Of a stretch of DNA of 64,000 nucleotides, positions 39,801-54,800 are shown piece after piece. This DNA comes from the human T2T-CHM13v2.0 reference genome, Homo sapiens: NCBI RefSeq assembly GCF_009914755.1, contig NC_060938.1, one strand, 5' to 3'. A model generated the notes under the pieces. That model did not search any database. It was not told the origin of the DNA and worked only from the letters and a program-made list of their open reading frames with translations. Position 1 is the first letter of the stretch. Each line of letters opens with the position of its first letter. A program made the translations under genes and the position numbers.

Positions 39801-42800
39801 ATCACAAACAAGTTTATGAGAATGCTTCTGTCTAGTTTTTATTTGAAGATATTTCCTTTCTCACCATAGAGCTGAAAGCTGTCCTAATGTTCACTTCCAG
39901 ATACTACAGAAAGAGTGTTTCAAAACTGCTGTACGAAAGGGAATGTTCAACTCTGTGACTTGAATGCACACATCACAAAGAAGTTTCTGAGGATGCTGCT
40001 GTCTACTTTTTATACGTAATCCCGTTTCCAACGAAATCCTCCAAGCTATCCAAATATCCACTTGCAGATTCCACAGAAAGACTGTTTCAAAACTGCTCTG
40101 TCAATAGAAAGGTTCAACTCTGTTAGCTGCGTGCATATATCCCAAAGAAGATTCTGAGATTGCTTCTGTCTAGTTTTTATGGGAAGATATTTCCCTTTTC
40201 ACCGTAGGCGTCAAGGCGCTCCAAATGTCCACTTCCAGATACTACAAAAAGAGTGTTTCAAACCTACTCTGTGAAAGGGAATATTCAACTCTGTGACTTG
40301 AATGCACATATCACAAAGAAGTTTCTGAGAATGCTTCTGTCGAGATTTTATATGAAGATATTCCCGTTTCCAAAGAAATGCTGAAATCTATCCAAATATC
40401 CCCTCGCAGATTCTACAAAAAGAGTGTTTCAAAACTGCTCTGTGAAAAGAAAGGTTCAACTCTGTTAGTTGAGTACACACATCACAAACAAGTTTCACAG
40501 AATGCTTCTTTCTAGCTTGTAGGGGAAGATATTCCCTTTATCACCATGGGCCTCCAACCGTCCGAAACATCCACTTCCATATACTACAAAAAGAGCGTTT
40601 CAAACCTGCTCTATGAAAGGCAATGTTCAACTCTGTGACTTGAATGCAGACATCACAGAGCAGTTTCTGAGAATGCTTCTGTCTAGATTTTATAGGAAGA
40701 TATTCCCGTTTCCAACGAAATCTTCACAGCTATCCAAATATCCACTTGCAGATTCTACAAAAAGAGTGTATCAAAACTGCTCTGTCAAAAGGAAGGTTCT
40801 TCTCTGTTAGGTGAGTGCATACGTCATAAAGGAGTTTCTGAGAATGTTTCTGTCTAGTGGTTATGGGAAGATATTTGCTTTTTCACCGTAGGCCTCAGAG
40901 CCCTCCAAATATCCACTTGCACATACTACAAAAAGAGTGCTTCAAAGCTGCTCTCTGAAACGGAATGTTCAACTCTATGAGTTGAATGCAAACATCACAA
41001 AGACGTTTCTGAGAATGCTTCTGTCTAGATTTGATATGAAGATATACCCGTTTCCAACGAAATCTTCAAATCTATCCAAATGTCCACTTGCAGATTCAAC
41101 AAAAAGTGTTTTTCAGAACTGCTCTATCAAAAGAAAGATCCACCTCTGTTAGCTGAGTTCACACATCACAAACAAGTTTATGAGAATGCTTCTGTCTAGT
41201 TTTTATTTGAAGATATTTCCTTTCTCACCATAGAGCTGAAAGCTGTCCTAATGTTCACTTCCAGATACTACAGAAAGAGTGTTTCAAAACTGCTGTACGA
41301 AAGGGAATGTTCAACTCTGTGACTTGAATGCACACATCACAAAGAAGTTTCTGAGGATGCTGCTGTCTACTTTTTATACGTAATCCCGTTTCCAACGAAA
41401 TCCTCCAAGCTATCCAAATATCCACTTGCAGATTCCACAGAAAGACTGTTTCAAAACTGCTCTGTCAATAGAAAGGTTCAACTCTGTTAGCTGCATGCAT
41501 ATATCCCAAAGAAGATTCTGAGATTGCTTCTGTCTAGTTTTTATGGGAAGATATTTCCCTTTTCACCGTAGGCGTCAAGGCGCTCCAAATGTCCACTTCC
41601 AGATACTACAAAAAGAGTGTTTCAAACCTACTCTGTGAAAGGGAATATTCAACTCTGTGACTTGAATGCACATATCACAAGGAAGTTTCTGAGAATGCTT
41701 CTGTCGAGATTTTATATGAAGATATTCCCGTTTCCAACGAAATCCTGAAATCTATCCAAATATCCCCTCGCAGATTCTACAAAAAGAGTGTTTCAAAACT
41801 GCTCTGTGAAAAGAAAGGTTCAACTCTGTTAGTTGAGTACACACATCACAAACAAGTTTCACAGAATGCTTCTTTCTAGCTTGTAGGGGAAGATATTCCC
41901 TTTATCACCATGGGCCTCCAACCGTCCGAAACATCCACTTCCATATACTACAAAAAGAGCGTTTCAAACCTGCTCTATGAAAGGCAATGTTCAACTCTGT
42001 GACTTGAATGCAGACATCACAGAGCAGTTTCTGAGAATGCTTCTGTCTAGATTTTATAGGAAGATATTCCCGTTTCCAACGAAATCTTCACAGCTATCCA
42101 AATATCCACTTGCAGATTCTACAAAAAGAGTGTATCAAAACTGCTCTGTCAAAAGGAAGGTTCTTCTCTGTTAGGTGAGTGCATACGTCATAAAGGAGTT
42201 TCTGAGAATGTTTCTGTCTAGTGGTTATGGGAAGATATTTGCTTTTTCACCGTAGGCCTCAGAGCGCTCCAAATATCCACTTGCACATACTACAAAAAGA
42301 GTGCTTCAAAGCTGCTCTCTGAAACGGAATGTTCAACTCTATGAGTTGAATGCAAACATCACAAAGACGTTTCTGAGAATGCTTCTGTCTAGATTTGATA
42401 TGAAGATATTCCCGTTTCCAACGAAATCTTCAAATCTATCCAAATGTCCACTTGCAGATTCAACAAAAAGTGTTTTTCAGAACTGCTCTATCAAAAGAAA
42501 GATCCACCTCTGTTAGCTGAGTTCACACATCACAAACAAGTTTATGAGAATGCTTCTGTCTAGTTTTTATTTGAAGATATTTCCTTTCTCACCATAGAGC
42601 TGAAAGCTGTCCTAATGTTCACTTCCAGATACTACAGAAAGAGTGTTTCAAAACTGCTGTACGAAAGGGAATGTTCAACTCTGTGACTTGAATGCACACA
42701 TCACAAAGAAGTTTCTGAGGATGCTGCTGTCTACTTTTTATACGTAATCCCGTTTCCAACGAAATCCTCCAAGCTATCCAAATATCCACTTGCAGATTCC

Positions 42801-45800
42801 ACAGAAAGACTGTTTCAAAACTGCTCTGTCAATAGAAAGGTTCAACTCTGTTAGCTGCGTGCATATATCCCAAAGAAGATTCTGAGATTGCTTCTGTCTA
42901 GTTTTTATGGGAAGATATTTCCCTTTTCACCGTAGGTGTCAAGGCGCTCCAAATGTCCACTTCCAGATACTACAAAAAGAGTGTTTCAAACCTACTCTGT
43001 GAAAGGGAATATTCAACTCTGTGACTTGAATGCACATATCACAAAGAAGTTTCTGAGAATGCTTCTGTCAAGATTTTATATGAAGATATTCCCGTTTCCA
43101 ACGAAATGCTGAAATCTATCCAAATATCCCCTCGCAGATTCTACGAAAAGAGTGTTTCAAAACTGCTCTGTGAAAAGAAAGGTTCAACTCTGTTAGTTGA
43201 GTACACACATCACAAACAAGTTTCACAGAATGCTTCTTTCTAGCTTGTAGGGGAAGATATTCCCTTTATCACCATGGGCCTCCAACCGTCCGAAACATCC
43301 ACTTCCATATACTACAAAAAGAGCGTTTCAAACCTGCTCTATGAAAGGCAATGTTCAACTCTGTGACTTGAATGCAGACATCACAGAGCAGTTTCTGAGA
43401 ATGCTTCTGTCTAGATTTTATAGGAAGATATTCCCGTTTCCAACGAAATCTTCACAGCTATCCAAATATCCACTTGCAGATTCTACAAAAAGAGTGTATC
43501 AAAACTGCTCTGTCAAAAGGAAGGTTCTTCTCTGTTAGGTGAGTGCATACGTCATAAAGGAGTTTCTGAGAATGTTTCTGTCTAGTGGTTATGGGAAGAT
43601 ATTTGCTTTTTCACCGTAGGCCTCAGAGCGCTCCAAATATCCACTTGCACATACTACAAAAAGAGTGCTTCAAAGCTGCTCTCTGAAACGGAATGTTCAA
43701 CTCTATGAGTTGAATGCAAACATCACAAAGACGTTTCTGAGAATGCTTCTGTCTAGATTTGATATGAAGATATTCCCGTTTCCAACGAAATCTTCAAATC
43801 TATCCAAATGTCCACTTGCAGATTCAACAAAAAGTGTTTTTCAGAACTGCTCTATCAAAAGAAAGATCCACCTCTGTTAGCTGAGTTCACACATCACAAA
43901 CAAGTTTATGAGAATGCTTCTGTCTAGTTTTTATTTGAAGATATTTCCTTTCTCACCATAGAGCTGAAAGCTGTCCTAATGTTCACTTCCAGATACTACA
44001 GAAAGAGTGTTTCAAAACTGCTGTACGAAAGGGAATGTTCAACTCTGTGACTTGAATGCACACATCACAAAGAAGTTTCTGAGGATGCTGCTGTCTACTT
44101 TTTATACGTAATCCCGTTTCCAACGAAATCCTCCAAGCTATCCAAATATCCACTTGCAGATTCCACAGAAAGACTGTTTCAAAACTGCTCTGTCAATAGA
44201 AAGGTTCAACTCTGTTAGCTGCATGCATATATCCCAAAGAAGATTCTGAGATTGCTTCTGTCTAGTTTTTATGGGAAGATATTTCCCTTTTCACCGTAGG
44301 CGTCAAGGCGCTCCAAATGTCCACTTCCAGATACTACAAAAAGAGTGTTTCAAACCTACTCTGTGAAAGGGAATATTCAACTCTGTGACTTGAATGCACA
44401 TATCACAAGGAAGTTTCTGAGAATGCTTCTGTCGAGATTTTATATGAAGATATTCCCGTTTCCAACGAAATCCTGAAATCTATCCAAATATCCCCTTGCA
44501 GATTCTACAAAAAGAGTGTTTCAAAACTGCTCTGTAAAAAGAAAGGTTCAACTCTGTTAGTTGAGTACACACATCACAAACAAGTTTCACACAATGCTTC
44601 TTTCTAGCTTGTAGGGGAAGATATTCCCTTTATCACCATGGGCCTCAAACCGTCCGATAAGTCCACTTCCATATACTACAAAAAGAGCGTTTCAAACCTG
44701 CTCTATGAAAGGCAATGTTCAACTCTGTGACTTGAATGCAGACATCACAGAGCAGTTTCTGAGAATGCTTCTGTCTAGATTTTATAGGAAGATATTCCCG
44801 TTTCCAACGAAATCTTCACAGCTATCCAAATATCCACTTGCAGATTCTACAAAAAGAGTGTATCAAAACTGCTCTGTCAAAAGGAAGGTTCTTCTCTGTT
44901 AGGTGAGTGCATACGTCATAAAGGAGTTTCTGAGAATGTTTCTGTCTAGTGGTTATGGGAAGATATTTGCTTTTTCACCGTAGGCCTCAGAGCGCTCCAA
45001 ATATCCACTTGCACATACTACAAAAAGAGTGCCTCAAAGCTGCTCTCTGAAACGGAATGTTCAACTCTATGAGTTGAATGCAAACATCGCAAAGACGTTT
45101 CTGAGAATGCTTCTGTCTAGATTTGATATGAAGATATTCCCGTTTCCAACGAAATCTTCAAATCTATCCAAATGTCCACTTGCAGATTCAACAAAAAGTG
45201 TTTTTCAGAACTGCTCTATCAAAAGAAAGATCCACCTCTGTTAGCTGAGTTCACACATCACAAACAAGTTTATGAGAATGCTTCTGTCTAGTTTTTATTT
45301 GAAGATATTTCCTTTCTCACCATAGAGCTGAAAGCTGTCCTAATGTTCACTTCCAGATACTACAGAAAGAGTGTTTCAAAACTGCTGTACGAAAGGGAAT
45401 GTTCAACTCTGTGACTTGAATGCACACATCACAAAGAAGTTTCTGAGGATGCTGCTGTCTACTTTTTATACGTAATCCCGTTTCCAACGAAATCCTCCAA
45501 GCTATCCAAATATCCACTTGCAGATTCCACAGAAAGACTGTTTCAAAACTGCTCTCTCAATAGAAAGGTTCAACTCTGTTAGCTGCGTGCATATATCCCA
45601 AAGAAGATTCTGAGATTGCTTCTGTCTAGTTTTTATGGGAAGATATTTCCCTTTTCACCGTAGGCGTCAAGGCGCTCCAAATGTCCACTTCCAGATACTA
45701 CAAAAAGAGTGTTTCAAACCTACTCTGTGAAAGGGAATATTCAACTCTGTGACTTGAATGCACATATCACAAAGAAGTTTCTGAGAATGCTTCTGTCGAG

Positions 45801-48800
45801 ATTTTATATGAAGATATTCCCGTTTCCAACGAAATGCTGAAATCTATCCAAATATCCCCTCGCAGATTCTACGAAAAGAGTGTTTCAAAACTGCTCTGTG
45901 AAAAGAAAGGTTCAACTCTGTTAGTTGAGTACACACATCACAAACAAGTTTCACAGAATGCTTCTTTCTAGCTTGTAGGGGAAGATATTCCCTTTATCAC
46001 CATGGGCCTCCAACCGTCCGAAACATCCACTTCCATATACTACAAAAAGAGCGTTTCAAACCTGCTCTATGAAAGGCAATGTTCAACTCTGTGACTTGAA
46101 TGCAGACATCACAGAGCAGTTTCTGAGAATGCTTCTGTCTAGATTTTATAGGAAGATATTCCCGTTTCCAACGAAATCTTCACAGCTATCCAAATATCCA
46201 CTTGCAGATTCTACAAAAAGAGTGTATCAAAACTGCTCTGTCAAAAGGAAGGTTCTTCTCTGTTAGGTGAGTGCATACGTCATAAAGGAGTTTCTGAGAA
46301 TGTTTCTGTCTAGTGGTTATGGGAAGATATTTGCTTTTTCACCGTAGGCCTCAGAGCGCTCCAAATATCCACTTGCACATACTACAAAAAGAGTGCTTCA
46401 AAGCTGCTCTCTGAAACGGAATGTTCAACTCTATGAGTTGAATGCAAACATCACAAAGACGTTTCTGAGAATGCTTCTGTCTAGATTTGATATGAAGATA
46501 TTCCCGTTTCCAACGAAATCTTCAAATCTATCCAAATGTCCACTTGCAGATTCAACAAAAAGTGTTTTTCAGAACTGCTCTATCAAAAGAAAGATCCACC
46601 TCTGTTAGCTGAGTTCACACATCACAAACAAGTTTATGAGAATGCTTCTGTCTAGTTTTTATTTGAAGATATTTCCTTTCTCACCATAGAGCTGAAAGCT
46701 GTCCTAATGTTCACTTCCAGATACTACAGAAAGAGTGTTTCAAAACTGCTGTACGAAAGGGAATGTTCAACTCTGTGACTTGAATGCACACATCACAAAG
46801 AAGTTTCTGAGGATGCTGCTGTCTACTTTTTATACGTAATCCCGTTTCCAACGAAATCCTCCAAGCTATCCAAATATCCACTTGCAGATTCCACAGAAAG
46901 ACTGTTTCAAAACTGCTCTGTCAATAGAAAGGTTCAACTCTGTTAGCTGCATGCATATATCCCAAAGAAGATTCTGAGATTGCTTCTGTCTAGTTTTTAT
47001 GGGAAGATATTTCCCTTTTCACCGTAGGCGTCAAGGCGCTCCAAATGTCCACTTCCAGATACTACAAAAAGAGTGTTTCAAACCTACTCTGTGAAAGGGA
47101 ATATTCAACTCTGTGACTTGAATGCACATATCACAAGGAAGTTTCTGAGAATGCTTCTGTCGAGATTTTATATGAAGATATTCCCGTTTCCAACGAAATC
47201 CTGAAATCTATCCAAATATCCCCTTGCAGATTCTACAAAAAGAGTGTTTCAAAACTGCTCTGTAAAAAGAAAGGTTCAACTCTGTTAGTTGAGTACACAC
47301 ATCACAAACAAGTTTCACAGAATGCTTCTTTCTAGCTTGTAGGGGAAGATATTCCCTTTATCACCATGGGCCTCCAACCGTCCGATAAGTCCACTTCCAT
47401 ATACTACAAAAAGAGCGTTTCAAACCTGCTCTATGAAAGGCAATGTTCAACTCTGTGACTTGAATGCAGACATCACAGAGCAGTTTCTGAGAATGCTTCT
47501 GTCTAGATTTTATAGGAAGATATTCCCGTTTCCAACGAAATCTTCACAGCTATCCAAATATCCACTTGCAGATTCTACAAAAAGAGTGTATCAAAACTGC
47601 TCTGTCAAAAGGAAGGTTCTTCTCTGTTAGGTGAGTGCATACGTCATAAAGGAGTTTCTGAGAATGTTTCTGTCTAGTGGTTATGGGAAGATATTTGCTT
47701 TTTCACCGTAGGCCTCAGAGCGCTCCAAATATCCACTTGCACATACTACAAAAAGAGTGCCTCAAAGCTGCTCTCTGAAACGGAATGTTCAACTCTATGA
47801 GTTGAATGCAAACATCGCAAAGACGTTTCTGAGAATGCTTCTGTCTAGATTTGATATGAAGATATTCCCGTTTCCAACGAAATCTTCAAATCTATCCAAA
47901 TGTCCACTTGCAGATTCAACAAAAAGTGTTTTTCAGAACTGCTCTATCAAAAGAAAGATCCACCTCTGTTAGCTGAGTTCACACATCACAAACAAGTTTA
48001 TGAGAATGCTTCTGTCTAGTTTTTATTTGAAGATATTTCCTTTCTCACCATAGAGCTGAAAGCTGTCCTAATGTTCACTTCCAGATACTACAGAAAGAGT
48101 GTTTCAAAACTGCTGTACGAAAGGGAATGTTCAACTATGTGACTTGAATGCACACATCACAAAGGAGTTTCTGAGGATGCTGCTGTCTACTTTTTATACG
48201 TAATCCCGTTTCCAACGAAATCCTCCAAGCTATCCAAATATCCACTTGCAGATTCCACAGAAAGACTGTTTCAAAACTGCTCTGTCAATAGAAAGGTTCA
48301 ACTCTGTTAGCTGCGTGCATATATCCCAAAGAAGATTCTGAGATTGCTTCTGTCTAGTTTTTATGGGAAGATATTTCCCTTTTCACCGTAGGCGTCAAGG
48401 CGCTCCAAATGTCCACTTCCAGATACTACAAAAAGAGTGTTTCAAACCTACTCTGTGAAAGGGAATATTCAACTCTGTGACTTGAATGCACATATCACAA
48501 AGAAGTTTCTGAGAATGCTTCTGTCGAGATTTTATATGAAGATATTCCCGTTTCCAACGAAATGCTGAAATCTATCCAAATATCCCCTCGCAGATTCTAC
48601 AAAAAGAGTGTTTCAAAACTGCTCTGTGAAAAGAAAGGTTCAACTCTGTTAGTTGAGTACACACATCACAAACAAGTTTCACAGAATGCTTCTTTCTAGC
48701 TTGTAGGGGAAGATATTCCCTTTATCACCATGGGCCTCCAACCGTCCGAAACATCCACTTCCATATACTACAAAAAGAGCGTTTCAAACCTGCTCTATGA

Positions 48801-51800
48801 AAGGCAATGTTCAACTCTGTGACTTGAATGCAGACATCACAGAGCAGTTTCTGAGAATGCTTCTGTCTAGATTTTATAGGAAGATATTCCCGTTTCCAAC
48901 GAAATCTTCACAGCTATCCAAATATCCACTTGCAGATTCTACAAAAAGAGTGTATCAAAACTGCTCTGTCAAAAGGAAGGTTCTTCTCTGTTAGGTGAGT
49001 GCATACGTCATAAAGGAGTTTCTGAGAATGTTTCTGTCTAGTGGTTATGGGAAGATATTTGCTTTTTCACCGTAGGCCTCAGAGCGCTCCAAATATCCAC
49101 TTGCACATACTACAAAAAGAGTGCTTCAAAGCTGCTCTCTGAAACGGAATGTTCAACTCTATGAGTTGAATGCAAACATCACAAAGACGTTTCTGAGAAT
49201 GCTTCTGTCTAGATTTGATATGAAGATATTCCCGTTTCCAACGAAATCTTCAAATCTATCCAAATGTCCACTTGCAGATTCAACAAAAAGTGTTTTTCAG
49301 AACTGCTCTATCAAAAGAAAGATCCACCTCTGTTAGCTGAGTTCACACATCACAAACAAGTTTATGAGAATGCTTCTGTCTAGTTTTTATTTGAAGATAT
49401 TTCCTTTCTCACCATAGAGCTGAAAGCTGTCCTAATGTTCACTTCCAGATACTACAGAAAGAGTGTTTCAAAACTGCTGTACGAAAGGGAATGTTCAACT
49501 CTGTGACTTGAATGCACACATCACAAAGAAGTTTCTGAGGATGCTGCTGTCTACTTTTCATACGTAATCCCGTTTCCAACGAAATCCTCCAAGCTATCCA
49601 AATATCCACTTGCAGATTCCACAGAAAGACTGTTTCAAAACTGCTCTGTCAATAGAAAGGTTCAACTCTGTTAGCTGCGTGCATATATCCCAAAGAAGAT
49701 TCTGAGATTGCTTCTGTCTAGTTTTTATGGGAAGATATTTCCCTTTTCACCGTAGGCGTCAAGGCGCTCCAAATGTCCACTTCCAGATACTACAAAAAGA
49801 GTGTTTCAAACCTACTCTGTGAAAGGGAATATTCAACTCTGTGACTTGAATGCACATATCACAAAGAAGTTTCTGAGAATGCTTCTGTCGAGATTTTATA
49901 TGAAGATATTCCCGTTTCCAACGAAATGCTGAAATCTATCCAAATATCCCCTCGCAGATTCTACAAAAAGAGTGTTTCAAAACTGCTCTGTGAAAAGAAA
50001 GGTTCAACTCTGTTAGTTGAGTACACACATCACAAACAAGTTTCACACAATGCTTCTTTCTAGGTTGTAGGGGAAGATATTCCCTTTATCACCATGGGCC
50101 TCAAACCGTCCGATAAGTCCACTTCCATATACTACAAAAAGAGCGTTTCAAACCTGCTCTATGAAAGGCAATGTTCAACTCTGTGACTTGAATGCAGACA
50201 TCACAGAGCAGTTTCTGAGAATGCTTCTGTCTAGATTTTATAGGAAGATATTCCCGTTTCCAACGAAATCTTCACAGCTATCCAAATATCCACTTGCAGA
50301 TTCTACAAAAAGAGTGTATCAAAACTGCTCTGTCAAAAGGAAGGTTCTTTTCTGTTAGGTGAGTGCATACGTCATAAAGGAGTTTCTGAGAATGTTTCTG
50401 TCTAGTGGTTATGGGAAGATATTTGCTTTTTCACCGTAGGCCTCAGAGCGCTCCAAATATCCACTTGCACATACTACAAAAAGAGTGCCTCAAAGCTGCT
50501 CTCTGAAACGGAATGTTCAACTCTATGAGTTGAATGCAAACATCGCAAAGACGTTTCTGAGAATGCTTCTGTCTAGATTTGATATGAAGATATTCCCGTT
50601 TCCAACGAAATCTTCAAATCTATCCAAATGTCCACTTGCAGATTCAACAAAAAGTGTTTTTCAGAACTGCTCTATCAAAAGAAAGATCCACCTCTGTTAG
50701 CTGAGTTCACACATCACAAACAAGTTTATGAGAATGCTTCTGTCTAGTTTTTATTTGAAGATATTTCCTTTCTCACCATGGAGCTGAAAGCTGTCCTAAT
50801 GTTCACTTCCAGATACTACAGAAAGAGTGTTTCAAAACTGCTGTACGAAAGGGAATGTTCAACTATGTGACTTGAATGCACACATCACAAAGGAGTTTCT
50901 GAGGATGCTGCTGTCTACTTTTTATACGTAATCCCGTTTCCAACGAAATCCTCCAAGCTATCCAAATATCCACTTGCAGATTCCACAGAAAGACTGTTTC
51001 AAAACTGCTCTGTCAATAGAAAGGTTCAACTCTGTTAGCTGCGTGCATATATCCCAAAGAAGATTCTGAGATTGCTTCTGTCTAGTTTTTATGGGAAGAT
51101 ATTTCCCTTTTCACCGTAGGCGTCAAGGCGCTCCAAATGTCCACTTCCAGATACTACAAAAAGAGTGTTTCAAACCTACTCTGTGAAAGGGAATATTCAA
51201 CTCTGTGACTTGAATGCACATATCACAAAGAAGTTTCTGAGAATGCTTCTGTCGAGATTTTATATGAAGATATTCCCGTTTCCAACGAAATGCTGAAATC
51301 TATCCAAATATCCCCTCGCAGATTCTACAAAAAGAGTGTTTCAAAACTGCTCTGTGAAAAGAAAGGTTCAACTCTGTTAGTTGAGTACACACATCACAAA
51401 CAAGTTTCACAGAATGCTTCTTTCTAGCTTGTAGGGGAAGATATTCCCTTTATCACCATGGGCCTCCAACCGTCCGAAACATCCACTTCCATATACTACA
51501 AAAAGAGCGTTTCAAACCTGCTCTATGAAAGGCAATGTTCAACTCTGTGACTTGAATGCAGACATCACAGAGCAGTTTCTGAGAATGCTTCTGTCTAGAT
51601 TTTATAGGAAGATATTCCCGTTTCCAACGAAATCTTCACAGCTATCCAAATATCCACTTGCAGATTCTACAAAAAGAGTGTATCAAAACTGCTCTGTCAA
51701 AAGGAAGGTTCTTCTCTGTTAGGTGAGTGCATACGTCATAAAGGAGTTTCTGAGAATGTTTCTGTCTAGTGGTTATGGGAAGATATTTGCTTTTTCACCG

Positions 51801-54800
51801 TAGGCCTCAGAGCGCTCCAAATATCCACTTGCACATACTACAAAAAGAGTGCTTCAAAGCTGCTCTCTGAAACGGAATGTTCAACTCTATGAGTTGAATG
51901 CAAACATCACAAAGACGTTTCTGAGAATGCTTCTGTCTAGATTTGATATGAAGATATTCCCGTTTCCAACGAAATCTTCAAATCTATCCAAATGTCCACT
52001 TGCAGATTCAACAAAAAGTGTTTTTCAGAACTGCTCTATCAAAAGAAAGATCCACCTCTGTTAGCTGAGTTCACACATCACAAACAAGTTTATGAGAATG
52101 CTTCTGTCTAGTTTTTATTTGAAGATATTTCCTTTCTCACCATAGAGCTGAAAGCTGTCCTAATGTTCACTTCCAGATACTACAGAAAGAGTGTTTCAAA
52201 ACTGCTGTACGAAAGGGAATGTTCAACTCTGTGACTTGAATGCACACATCACAAAGAAGTTTCTGAGGATGCTGCTGTCTACTTTTTATACGTAATCCCG
52301 TTTCCAACGAAATCCTCCAAGCTATCCAAATATCCACTTGCAGATTCCACAGAAAGACTGTTTCAAAACTGCTCTGTCAATAGAAAGGTTCAACTCTGTT
52401 AGCTGCGTGCATATATCCCAAAGAAGATTCTGAGATTGCTTCTGTCTAGTTTTTATGGGAAGATATTTCCCTTTTCACCGTAGGCGTCAAGGCGCTCCAA
52501 ATGTCCACTTCCAGATACTACAAAAAGAGTGTTTCAAACCTACTCTGTGAAAGGGAATATTCAACTCTGTGACTTGAATGCACATATCACAAAGAAGTTT
52601 CTGAGAATGCTTCTGTCGAGATTTTATATGAAGATATTCCCGTTTCCAACGAAATGCTGAAATCTATCCAAATATCCCCTCGCAGATTCTACGAAAAGAG
52701 TGTTTCAAAACTGCTCTGTGAAAAGAAAGGTTCAACTCTGTTAGTTGAGTACACACATCACAAACAAGTTTCACAGAATGCTTCTTTCTAGCTTGTAGGG
52801 GAAGATATTCCCTTTATCACCATGGGCCTCCAACCGTCCGAAACATCCACTTCCATATACTACAAAAAGAGCGTTTCAAACCTGCTCTATGAAAGGCAAT
52901 GTTCAACTCTGTGACTTGAATGCAGACATCACAGAGCAGTTTCTGAGAATGCTTCTGTCTAGATTTTATAGGAAGATATTCCCGTTTCCAACGAAATCTT
53001 CACAGCTATCCAAATATCCACTTGCAGATTCTACAAAAAGAGTGTATCAAAACTGCTCTGTCAAAAGGAAGGTTCTTCTCTGTTAGGTGAGTGCATACGT
53101 CATAAAGGAGTTTCTGAGAATGTTTCTGTCTAGTGGTTATGGGAAGATATTTGCTTTTTCACCGTAGGCCTCAGAGCGCTCCAAATATCCACTTGCACAT
53201 ACTACAAAAAGAGTGCTTCAAAGCTGCTCTCTGAAACGGAATGTTCAACTCTATGAGTTGAATGCAAACATCACAAAGACGTTTCTGAGAATGCTTCTGT
53301 CTAGATTTGATATGAAGATATTCCCGTTTCCAACGAAATCTTCAAATCTATCCAAATGTCCACTTGCAGATTCAACAAAAAGTGTTTTTCAGAACTGCTC
53401 TATCAAAAGAAAGATCCACCTCTGTTAGCTGAGTTCACACATCACAAACAAGTTTATGAGAATGCTTCTGTCTAGTTTTTATTTGAAGATATTTCCTTTC
53501 TCACCATAGAGCTGAAAGCTGTCCTAATGTTCACTTCCAGATACTACAGAAAGAGTGTTTCAAAACTGCTGTACGAAAGGGAATGTTCAACTCTGTGACT
53601 TGAATGCACACATCACAAAGAAGTTTCTGAGGATGCTGCTGTCTACTTTTTATACGTAATCCCGTTTCCAACGAAATCCTCCAAGCTATCCAAATATCCA
53701 CTTGCAGATTCCACAGAAAGACTGTTTCAAAACTGCTCTGTCAATAGAAAGGTTCAACTCTGTTAGCTGCGTGCATATATCCCAAAGAAGATTCTGAGAT
53801 TGCTTCTGTCTAGTTTTTATGGGAAGATATTTCCCTTTTCACCGTAGGCGTCAAGGCGCTCCAAATGTCCACTTCCAGATACTACAAAAAGAGTGTTTCA
53901 AACCTACTCTGTGAAAGGGAATATTCAACTCTGTGACTTGAATGCACATATCACAAAGAAGTTTCTGAGAATGCTTCTGTCGAGATTTTATATGAAGATA
54001 TTCCCGTTTCCAACGAAATGCTGAAATATATCCAAATATCCCCTCGCAGATTCTACAAAAAGAGTGTTTCAAAACTGCTCTGTGAAAAGAAAGGTTCAAC
54101 TCTGTTAGTTGAGTACACACATCACAAACAAGTTTCACACAATGCTTCTTTCTAGCTTGTAGGGGAAGATATTCCCTTTATCACCATGGGCCTCAAACCG
54201 TCCGATAAGTCCACTTCCATATACTACAAAAAGAGCGTTTCAAACCTGCTCTATGAAAGGCAATGTTCAACTCTGTGACTTGAATGCAGACATCACAGAG
54301 CAGTTTCTGAGAATGCTTCTGTCTAGATTTTATAGGAAGATATTCCCGTTTCCAACGAAATCTTCACAGCTATCCAAATATCCACTTGCAGATTCTACAA
54401 AAAGAGTGTATCAAAACTGCTCTGTCAAAAGGAAGGTTCTTTTCTGTTAGGTGAGTGCATACGTCATAAAGGAGTTTCTGAGAATGTTTCTGTCTAGTGG
54501 TTATGGGAAGATATTTGCTTTTTCACCGTAGGCCTCAGAGCGCTCCAAATATCCACTTGCACATACTACAAAAAGAGTGCCTCAAAGCTGCTCTCTGAAA
54601 CGGAATGTTCAACTCTATGAGTTGAATGCAAACATCGCAAAGACGTTTCTGAGAATGCTTCTGTCTAGATTTGATATGAAGATATTCCCGTTTCCAACGA
54701 AATCTTCAAATCTATCCAAATGTCCACTTGCAGATTCAACAAAAAGTGTTTTTCAGAACTGCTCTATCAAAAGAAAGATCCACCTCTGTTAGCTGAGTTC